Positions 8,121 through 15,849 of a DNA stretch of 64,000 bases are shown here, one piece after another. The position numbers and the translations under genes were made by a program. Where the stretch lies: the IMG/VR virus record IMGVR_UViG_3300010279_000462. One strand, given 5' to 3'. Position 1 is the stretch's first letter. The number at the start of each line of letters is the position of its first letter. Under the pieces are notes generated by a model. That model saw only the letters and a program-made list of their open reading frames with translations, did not search any database and had not been told where the DNA came from. The DNA comes from a virus. Lineage: Duplodnaviria > Heunggongvirae > Uroviricota > Caudoviricetes.

Positions 8121-10516
8121 ACATCAAGAACATCCCGGTCAAGCTGAAAAATGACTGCCGGTTCTGCGTCTGGAAGTTTGAGAAGCGCAGCGGGCAGAAA
8201 ACCAAGATGCCGTATAACCCGGCAACCTCAGAACGCGCCAAAATCAACGACCTGCGCACCTTTGCGGATTTCAAGACCACCCTGATGACCTATGCGATGG
8301 GCGGTTTTGACGGCATCGGCATTGCGGTCGGCAACGGCATCGGCGCATTCGATATCGACCATTGCATTCGAGAGGACGGTACGCTGAATGACACAGCGGC
8401 GACCGTCCTTTCTATTTTCCCCTCGGCATATGTGGAGAAGTCTCCGTCCGGCCAAGGACTGCGCGGCTTCTTCTGTGTGCCGGAAGACTATGTTTTCGAT
8501 AAGACGGTCTATTACATCAACAATCGGAGCAAAGGGCTGGAAGTGTATATGCCCGGTGCGACAAACCGCTTCGTCACCGTGACGGGAGATGTTTACCGCA
8601 CAGGCGAGATTCCCAATGACCCGGAAGCCATGACCACGCTGCTTGATTCGCTGATGAAGCGGTCGAAGCAGGTGCAGAACAATCAGCTGCGCCACCACTC
8701 CTACCTGAGCGACGATGCGGTCATTGCACACGCAGAGGAAGCCGGCAACAGTGATAAGTTCAAAAAGCTGTATGCCGGTGACTGGCAGGAGCTTTATGAC
8801 AGTCAGTCTGACGCAGATATGGCAATGCTGTCTATTCTGGCTTTCTGGTGCGGGTGTGATGAGGAACAGATGGACCGCATCTTCCGCACCTCCGGCTTGA
8901 TGCGTGACAAGTGGGATCGCAAACAGGCCGGAACGACCTATGGTGCAATCTCCATCCGAAACGCTGTCAACACGGCGACTTCTGTCTATGTGCCGGTCAA
9001 CGCACAGGATATCGTGGACGAGGAGTTTTCCAATCTCGACCCGGAAGCAAAAAGTCCAGAGTATCAGCCGGATATCTCCAAGCTGACCCTGTCTCTGGAG
9101 GAGATGGCTCCGCACACGAACCCCCGCTATGGCAGAGATGAGATCGGTATGGGCAATATGTTCGCCGATTTCTTCAAGCCAATTGCCCGATACAACAGTG
9201 AGCGCGGCATCTGGTATGTCTATGACGGGAAAGTCTGGCAGCCGGATATGGAAAACCTCAAAGTTGCAGAGCTGGCAAAGCTGCTGGCGGACAAGCTGTA
9301 TGTGTTCGCCTTGACGATCACAGAGGAGGACACCAGAAAACGGTTCATCGACCGAGTGAAAAAGCTCCAGCTGCGCAAACACCGGGAGACGATGCTGAAA
9401 GATGCGAAGTCTGTGTTCCCTCTGTCCATGCGCAGTTTCGACAGCGATATTTACCTGTTCAACTGTCAGAACGGAACGCTTGATCTGCGCACGATGGAAT
9501 TTCGGGAACACCGCCCGGAGGACTATCTCACAAAGGTCTCCCCGGCTGTGTATGACCCGGAAGCGGACTGCCCGCGTTGGCGAACCTTTATTTCGGAGAT
9601 CATGCAGGACGACAAGGCGAGAGCAGACTATCTGCAGAAAGCCATCGGCTACGCTTTGACCGGCGACACACGAATGGAGTGCTTGTTCATCCTGTACGGC
9701 CCGACTTCCCGAAACGGTAAAGGCACGACGATGGAGAGCATCCTGCGCATCATGGGAGAGTACGGCAAGAACGCTGACCCGACCATGCTGCAAGCGAAGT
9801 TCAATGCACAGAGCGGCGGCCCTTCTGAGGAAATCGCGCGTCTTGCCGGCGCACGGTTCGTCAACATCTCGGAGCCTGCAAAGAAACTGACAATCGATGC
9901 GGCTTTGACTAAACGACTGACCGGCAACGATACAATCACGGCCCGGTATCTGCATGAGAACAGCTTCGAGTTTCGTCCGAACTTCAAAATCTTCATCAAT
10001 ACCAACCACCGTCCGAATATCACGGACCTTACGCTGTTCGATTCAGGTCGAATCAAGATTATCCCTTTTGACCGGCATTTCAGCGAGAGCGAGCAGGATA
10101 AGGACCTGAAGACCACATTTGCAAAGCCAGATAATATGTCCGGCATTCTGAACTGGATGCTGGAAGGCTACAGGCTGTTCCGCAGCCAAGGACTGGAAAT
10201 GCCGGACTCTGTCATCAATGCGACTGAGGACTACCGCAAGGCATCGGATAAGATCGCACAGTTCTGCGAAGCGTGTCTGGTGTCAAAGCCGGGGTCTATG
10301 CTGCGAAGTAAATCGGTTTACAACCGATACAGGCAGTGGAGCGAGGCCAATGGTTACCACGCGGAAGGTGTAAAAGGCTTCAAAGAGGAATTCAAGAAAC
10401 ACTACAAGGAAGATCGCCGCAGACCCAGTGATGGTGGGGAGAAAACCACGGTGGTTCTTGATGTGGACTTTTTGGTGGACGATGATGATCCACCTCCTGA
10501 AATTATCCCTGTATGA
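8114..10516 (+). CDS. primase-polymerase / P4-family primase with C-terminal SF3-type helicase
   Basis: N-terminal prim-pol-like DGIGIAVGNGIGAFDIDHC. C-terminal Walker A ILYGPTSRNGKGTT typical of the phage/plasmid primase P4 C-terminal domain. Confidence 0.85.
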   Translation: MVDIKNIPVKLKNDCRFCVWKFEKRSGQKTKMPYNPATSERAKINDLRTFADFKTTLMTYAMGGFDGIGIAVGNGIGAFDIDHCIREDGTLNDTAATVLSIFPSAYVEKSPSGQGLRGFFCVPEDYVFDKTVYYINNRSKGLEVYMPGATNRFVTVTGDVYRTGEIPNDPEAMTTLLDSLMKRSKQVQNNQLRHHSYLSDDAVIAHAEEAGNSDKFKKLYAGDWQELYDSQSDADMAMLSILAFWCGCDEEQMDRIFRTSGLMRDKWDRKQAGTTYGAISIRNAVNTATSVYVPVNAQDIVDEEFSNLDPEAKSPEYQPDISKLTLSLEEMAPHTNPRYGRDEIGMGNMFADFFKPIARYNSERGIWYVYDGKVWQPDMENLKVAELAKLLADKLYVFALTITEEDTRKRFIDRVKKLQLRKHRETMLKDAKSVFPLSMRSFDSDIYLFNCQNGTLDLRTMEFREHRPEDYLTKVSPAVYDPEADCPRWRTFISEIMQDDKARADYLQKAIGYALTGDTRMECLFILYGPTSRNGKGTTMESILRIMGEYGKNADPTMLQAKFNAQSGGPSEEIARLAGARFVNISEPAKKLTIDAALTKRLTGNDTITARYLHENSFEFRPNFKIFINTNHRPNITDLTLFDSGRIKIIPFDRHFSESEQDKDLKTTFAKPDNMSGILNWMLEGYRLFRSQGLEMPDSVINATEDYRKASDKIAQFCEACLVSKPGSMLRSKSVYNRYRQWSEANGYHAEGVKGFKEEFKKHYKEDRRRPSDGGEKTTVVLDVDFLVDDDDPPPEIIPV

Positions 10517-10560
10517 TCTGACTTATGCCATAGTGCTTGCCACACAGTGAAAGCATGAAA

Positions 10561-10601
10561 AGCCTGAAAAACCGCGTAATTACAGCGTTTTCAGGCTTTT
10601 T
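10561..10601 (+). terminator. rho-independent terminator
   Basis: AGCCTGAAAA...TTTTCAGGCT 10-bp stem followed by TTTT, directly after the primase gene. Confidence 0.7.
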
Positions 10602-11003
10602 GAAAGCGACTGGGGCAGTTGGGGCAACGAAAAACGGTTATTCTTATTATTACTTTCTTTTATATGTATTTTATATTTTATCTGCCACATCTGCCCCAAA
10701 AGATAAAAATAGAAAAATCAGAAAAGAAAAAAGAACGGAATATCAAGAAAAATAAGGGCTTTGAGGGCTGAAAATGTATTTTCAATGCAAAATGAGTTCT
10801 GCCACAGCCTGCCACAATCTTTGTGAGCCTATGGGTGTGCAGGGCTTTACAGAAATACGGCACTGCCTTTCAAGAATATGCCCGATGTTTTACAGGAACA
10901 CGGCATTTTACAGGAACACGGCAGGCAGTCTTTGTGGGAGCCCATATTTGTGGGCAAGGGCAAAGTCGGCCTGTTTTGTGATACATGAGAGAGGAGAACA
11001 ACT

Positions 11004-11456
11004 ATGTCGAAGAACAACCATGAAGATTTTTTGGGATGTCATACTCGCGGATATGAGGACATCAAGCTGCTGAAAATTTATCCGCTTCCGCCTGACACAA
11101 CCGTGATGGTCGTGGACACGGACAAGGACGACAATGTCGTGATGCGTGACTGTGTTGAAACCGGTAACTCCTACTGTCTGGCGTTGGTGGAGGAAAATGG
11201 CGAGAGGGCAGTTTATCCGTTTGCTCTGTCAACCATCTACGGCGTGGACTTGAGAGCGACAGTAATTCCCATTCGTCGTTGCCCCAGGTGTGGCAAACGG
11301 CTGCGTCCTCACATGGAGGAGGGCGATACCGGCACGTTGTACTACACCTGCAATCGCTGTGGTCATCGGGAGGAGAGTTGGCTGGACGCTGAGGAGCTGG
11401 ATAAACCCGAAGAATCCTGTGGCAGCTTTTTGGAGGAGGATGAAATCTATGAGTAA
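11004..11456 (+). CDS. hypothetical zinc-ribbon protein
   Basis: CPRCG...CNRCG zinc ribbon. Follows an AT-rich intergenic region. Confidence 0.5.
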   Translation: MSKNNHEDFLGCHTRGYEDIKLLKIYPLPPDTTVMVVDTDKDDNVVMRDCVETGNSYCLALVEENGERAVYPFALSTIYGVDLRATVIPIRRCPRCGKRLRPHMEEGDTGTLYYTCNRCGHREESWLDAEELDKPEESCGSFLEEDEIYE

Positions 11457-12516
11457 AATCATCACCTGTGAACAGGTCAGCAACGGTCACCCGGACAAAA
11501 TCTGTGACCAGATTGCGGATGCCATTGTGACCGACATCCTCCAGCACGACAGGAACGCCCGTGTGGCAATTGAGTGTCTGCTGAAGAAGAACCAGCTCTT
11601 TATCGCCGGCGAGGTCACGACCGACTACCAGCCCAACTACCACCAGCTCGTCCACAATGTGCTCACCGGCATCGGCACCGACAAGCTGGGCTTTGATTTC
11701 AGTGACCTGCTGCGCATCGGCATTCTGGTGGACAAGCAGTCGCCGGACATCGCACTCGGTGTGGATAGGGGCGGCGCCGGTGACCAGGGCATCATGTACG
11801 GCTACGCCACCAACGAAACGGCGGAGCAGATGCCGATTCCCTATATGGTCGCCACCAAGTTCCTGCAACTGCTGAAGGCACACCCCAGCAAGATGTTCCG
11901 TGCAGATGCCAAGGCGCAGGTCAGCTACGACTATGACACTGGCCGGATCACCACCTTCCTCTGCTCCGTGCAGCACAGCCCGGATGTAGAGGTCAGCGAC
12001 TTCCGCCATATCATCGAATCCATGATGGTGCTTGCCGCTTGTGAGTACGGACTGGATGGTGACTTCCAGAAGCTCGTCAATCCCACCGGCCGCTTCGTGC
12101 TGGGCGGCAGCTATGCAGACTGCGGTGTGACCGGTCGGAAGCTGGCGTGTGATACTTACGGCGGCATCGGTCGAATGGGTGGCGGCGCACTGTCCGGCAA
12201 AGACCCCACCAAAGTGGATCGCTCCGCTGCGTATATGGCACGGAAGATTGCCAAGGACATCGTGCAGGCCGGGTACGCTGACAAGTGCGAAGTCCAGCTG
12301 GCCTACGCCATCGGCGTGGTTCAGCCGGTGGGCGTATCGGTGGAGTGCTTCGGTACGGAGCATGAAGCCCCGGAGTTCATCGAAGCCTACGTCCGCGACA
12401 GCTACGACCTAACTCCGCAGGGCATCATCCAGCGGCTGGGTCTGCTGGATGTTGACTATAACAAGGTCAGCGCCTACGGTCACTTCGGCAAGCCTGGTCT
12501 GCCGTGGGAGGAATGA
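11449..12516 (+). CDS. metK: S-adenosylmethionine synthetase homolog, phage-encoded and compact (356 aa)
   Basis: Hallmark MetK motifs GHPDKICDQIADA, GAGDQGIMYGYA, GGGALSGKDPTKVDRSAAY. The ATG overlaps the upstream stop (ATGAGTAA). Confidence 0.85.
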   Translation: MSKIITCEQVSNGHPDKICDQIADAIVTDILQHDRNARVAIECLLKKNQLFIAGEVTTDYQPNYHQLVHNVLTGIGTDKLGFDFSDLLRIGILVDKQSPDIALGVDRGGAGDQGIMYGYATNETAEQMPIPYMVATKFLQLLKAHPSKMFRADAKAQVSYDYDTGRITTFLCSVQHSPDVEVSDFRHIIESMMVLAACEYGLDGDFQKLVNPTGRFVLGGSYADCGVTGRKLACDTYGGIGRMGGGALSGKDPTKVDRSAAYMARKIAKDIVQAGYADKCEVQLAYAIGVVQPVGVSVECFGTEHEAPEFIEAYVRDSYDLTPQGIIQRLGLLDVDYNKVSAYGHFGKPGLPWEE

Positions 12517-12519
12517 CCC

Positions 12520-12879
12520 GTGCCGCGCAGACCCAAGGTGCCGTGCAGACACCCCGGATGCCCGGAGCTGATTGAACCCGGCACTCTCTACTGTGAGAAG
12601 CACCTGCCCCTGCATCCAGAAGTGACGCGCCCTGCTGGGAAGCGGGGCTACACACGGCAGTGGCAAAAAATCAGCAAGGCGTATCTGCAAGCCCATCCAC
12701 TCTGCGCCGAGTGCATGAAGCAGGGCAGATACACGAAGGCCACCGTGGTAGACCACATCACACCGCACCGTGGAGATGCCAAACTTTTCTGGGACGAGAA
12801 TAATTGGCAGCCTCTTTGTAAGCGATGTCACGACCGGAAGACCTTCACCGAGGACATCAACCCGGTGTATCACTACTGA
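12520..12879 (+). CDS. HNH endonuclease
   Basis: CAEC...VDHITPHRGD...WQPLCKRCHDRKT is an HNH motif with zinc-binding cysteines. Confidence 0.85.
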   Translation: MPRRPKVPCRHPGCPELIEPGTLYCEKHLPLHPEVTRPAGKRGYTRQWQKISKAYLQAHPLCAECMKQGRYTKATVVDHITPHRGDAKLFWDENNWQPLCKRCHDRKTFTEDINPVYHY

Positions 12880-13280
12880 CACCCCGCCCCGGGGCCGGGG
12901 TTACTTCTCTACAGTGAAGTCACACGGAGACCGGTGGCCCCTTTCGTGTGAAAAAACGCAAAATTCATAGGCCGGGGGTCCCGGCAATATCGGCGCAAAA
13001 TGAACAGGGTGAATGCAGAGGCATCGGGGTTCCGGCTCCGGTGCCTTTCGTTTTCCCCGAAATGAACCAAAGCGTGTGAAAAACCTTGCAACACGGAACT
13101 TTTCATACGCTTTAGCTTGTTCCGGGAGGAACAGAGGCAGTTGAAAATCGGACGCCGCAAAAACAATGTAACCCGGCGGGGTAGGACCGATTTTCACTTT
13201 GCCTCTTTTCGTATGCTTTTTGAGATTTTTCACTGAAAACGCCATAGAAACGGCGAAAAATGAGGGGTAGGTGAGGATAG

Positions 13281-13583
13281 ATGCAGGATTACACAGCGGA
13301 AATGGTCAAGGACATGGCATTTGCCTTCTGTCCGCAGTGCGGAGCTGCCATCATTCCGAACCACCGGGGTAGACCACGGAAGTTCTGCTCCCCGGAATGC
13401 CGCTCCAAGTGGAACAACACTCATCCACGACCGCAGAACTGGAAGACCGTGCGGTCAAAGGTCTGCCCGGTGTGCGGCAGGGAGTTCTCCTACCGGCACC
13501 AGTACGGACTTCCGAGAAAATATTGCAGTCGTGCCTGTGCCAACACGGGCAGGGCGAAGGGAGAAAACAGAAATGGGGAATAA
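13281..13583 (+). CDS. hypothetical protein with duplicated zinc ribbons
   Basis: Two CPxCG...RKFCSxxCR / CPVCG...RKYCSRAC repeats. Confidence 0.5.
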   Translation: MQDYTAEMVKDMAFAFCPQCGAAIIPNHRGRPRKFCSPECRSKWNNTHPRPQNWKTVRSKVCPVCGREFSYRHQYGLPRKYCSRACANTGRAKGENRNGE

Positions 13584-13806
13584 GGTGATTGGCGTGTTCC
13601 CGATGTTCAACACCGGGGGCATCTGTGTACATGAGATTGACCACGCAGAGGACAAAATTCTTGCTTCCATGAACGGGGAGAACCCGGAGTGGTATCCGAT
13701 TACGGAAAAGCCGCAGTCGGAGATGGGCGGGGATGGCGATGACTTGGAGTCGGGCTTTTTGTTCGGCTCCTTTTTCGTGCCGTTCTCTGAGGTCATGCGC
13801 GTGTGA
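13573..13806 (+). CDS. small hypothetical protein
   Basis: 77-aa ORF that overlaps its neighbours at both ends. Confidence 0.35.
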   Translation: MGNKVIGVFPMFNTGGICVHEIDHAEDKILASMNGENPEWYPITEKPQSEMGGDGDDLESGFLFGSFFVPFSEVMRV

Positions 13807-15086
13807 AGGAGGACTACATGAAAGCAACCGCTGAACTGAAAATGCTGCCGGTATCTGTACTCAAGCCGGCCGCATACAATCCCCGGAAAAAGCTGAAGCC
13901 GGGGGATAAGGAGTACGAGAAGATCAAGAACTCCATCACGGAGTTCGGGTTTGCCGACCCGCTGGTGGTCAATGCCGATATGACAATTATCGGAGGACAC
14001 CAACGCCTGACTTGTGCGATTGATATGGGCTATACAGAAGTGCCTTGTGCGGTGGTGGACATCGACAAGACCAGAGAGAAAGCTCTGAACATTGCGCTCA
14101 ACAAAATCACGGGCGCGTGGGATGACACCCTGCTGGCCGACCTGCTCAAAGACATCGAAGAATCCAACTTCGATCTGGGCAAGACTGGATTTGAGCCGCC
14201 TGAAATCGAGACGCTGTTCAACAAGGTCCACAGCAAAGAAGTCAAGGAAGATGACTTTGATGTGGAGTCCGAGCTGAAGCAGCCGTGCTTCTCCAAAGCG
14301 GGCGACCTCTGGATGCTGGGCAAACACAGAGTTCTGTGCGGCGATTCCACCAAGGCAGAATGCTACGATACCCTGATGGACGGAGTAAAAGCCAACCTCG
14401 TGCTTTCGGACCCTCCGTACAATGTGGATGTGGAAGAAACGGCTGGCAAGATCATGAACGACAACATGGGCGACTCGGAATTTTACGAGTTCCTGCTGGC
14501 AGCGTTCAAGCAGATGCACGGACATCTGGCGGATGATGGCTCCATCTACATCTTCCATGCAGACACCGAAGGGCTGAACTTCCGAAAGGCATTCAAGGAT
14601 GCCGGGTTCTACTTGTCGGGGTGCTGCATCTGGAAGAAAAACGCACTGGTGCTGGGCCGCAGCCCTTACCAGTGGCAGCATGAGCCGTGCCTTTACGGGT
14701 GGAAGCAGAAAGGTAAGCACCAGTGGTATTCCGACCGCAAGCAGACGACAATCTGGGAGTACGACCGTCCGAAAGCCAATAAGGATCATCCGACCATGAA
14801 GCCCATTGGTTTGATGAGCTATCCTATCCGCAATTCCACCATGACCAACGGCATCGTCCTTGACCCGTTCCTCGGCAGTGGTTCGACCCTGATCGCCTGT
14901 GAGGAGACCGACCGCGTCTGCCGAGGTATTGAGCTGGACCCGAAGTTCGTGGATGTCATCGTGAAGCGGTATATCGAACACAGCGAAGGCCGCTATGAGG
15001 ATGTGTATGTCCTTCGGGATGGCCAGAAACTGAAGTTCGATGAGGTCGCTTCCTTTGAGCCGGAACAGGAGGCCGCAGATGGCTGA
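13803..15086 (+). CDS. ParB-like nuclease domain fused to an amino (N6-A/N4-C) DNA methyltransferase
   Basis: N-terminal ParB-N motif (PLVVNADMTIIGGHQRL). DPPYN (motif IV) precedes FLGSGST (motif I), which is the beta-class order. Confidence 0.85.
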   Translation: MKEDYMKATAELKMLPVSVLKPAAYNPRKKLKPGDKEYEKIKNSITEFGFADPLVVNADMTIIGGHQRLTCAIDMGYTEVPCAVVDIDKTREKALNIALNKITGAWDDTLLADLLKDIEESNFDLGKTGFEPPEIETLFNKVHSKEVKEDDFDVESELKQPCFSKAGDLWMLGKHRVLCGDSTKAECYDTLMDGVKANLVLSDPPYNVDVEETAGKIMNDNMGDSEFYEFLLAAFKQMHGHLADDGSIYIFHADTEGLNFRKAFKDAGFYLSGCCIWKKNALVLGRSPYQWQHEPCLYGWKQKGKHQWYSDRKQTTIWEYDRPKANKDHPTMKPIGLMSYPIRNSTMTNGIVLDPFLGSGSTLIACEETDRVCRGIELDPKFVDVIVKRYIEHSEGRYEDVYVLRDGQKLKFDEVASFEPEQEAADG

Positions 15087-15849
15087 TGCAAAATGTGTCC
15101 TCATCCACGATAACTTCCAGAACTTCAAGTCCTACAACATCCCCAAGGCACAGCTGGTGATCGCCGACATTCCGTACAACATCGGAACGGACTTCTACGC
15201 CAGCCGGCCGGACTGGTATGTGGGCGGGGACAACAAGAACGGCGAGAGCAATAAGGCACGGAAGGCGGCGTTCAATACCGACTTCACCTTCAACATCGCA
15301 GAGTACTTCCACTTCTGCAACCGGCTGCTGAAGAAGGAGCCGGCAACAGGAGAGAAGGGTGCGCCCTGTATGATCGTGTTCTGCGCGTTCCAGCAGATTC
15401 CGAAGGTCATCACCGAAGCGGAGAAGTACGGCTTCAAGAACTACATCCCGCTGACCTTCTGCAAGAACTACAGTCCGCAGGTCTTGAAGGCCAACATGAA
15501 GATCGTGGGTGCAACGGAGTATGCGCTGGTGCTGTACCGCAGCAAGCTTCCGAAGTTCCGCAACCTCGGCGAAGACGGCAAGCCCCACATGATCTTCAAC
15601 TGGTTCGACTGGAAGCGGGACGGCAAGGACTATCCGAAGATCCATCCTTCCCAGAAGCCAGTGTCCGTGCTGAAACGCCTGATTGAGATCTTCACCGACC
15701 CCGGCGATGTGGTCATTGACCCCTGCGCCGGAAGTGGCTCGACCCTTCGTGCTGCAAGAGAGCTGGGGCGGGATAGCTACGGATTTGAAGTGTCTAGAGA
15801 TTTCTACCTGAAAGCCAGGGAGCAGATGCTCGGAGAGGAGGCCGTATGA
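15079..15849 (+). CDS. DNA amino-methyltransferase (beta class)
   Basis: DIPYN motif IV and DPCAGSGSTL motif I. ATGGCTGA overlap with the upstream gene. Confidence 0.8.
   Translation: MADAKCVLIHDNFQNFKSYNIPKAQLVIADIPYNIGTDFYASRPDWYVGGDNKNGESNKARKAAFNTDFTFNIAEYFHFCNRLLKKEPATGEKGAPCMIVFCAFQQIPKVITEAEKYGFKNYIPLTFCKNYSPQVLKANMKIVGATEYALVLYRSKLPKFRNLGEDGKPHMIFNWFDWKRDGKDYPKIHPSQKPVSVLKRLIEIFTDPGDVVIDPCAGSGSTLRAARELGRDSYGFEVSRDFYLKAREQMLGEEAV

Noticed and set aside
8228-10009. 593-aa minus-strand ORF antisense to the primase gene
   Set aside because: It is an antisense ORF in GC-rich coding DNA with no RBS or motifs. The plus-strand primase has clear Walker and prim-pol motifs.
10537-10755. 72-aa ORF in the AT-rich stretch after the primase terminator
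   Set aside because: It is low complexity (YYYFLLYVFYIL) in an AT-rich intergenic region with no RBS. It is more likely non-coding promoter or spacer DNA.
12901-13245. 114-aa minus-strand ORF in the HNH-downstream intergenic region
   Set aside because: It has no RBS, is the only minus-strand ORF in a plus-strand operon, and overlaps the palindromic repeat region. It was treated as non-coding.
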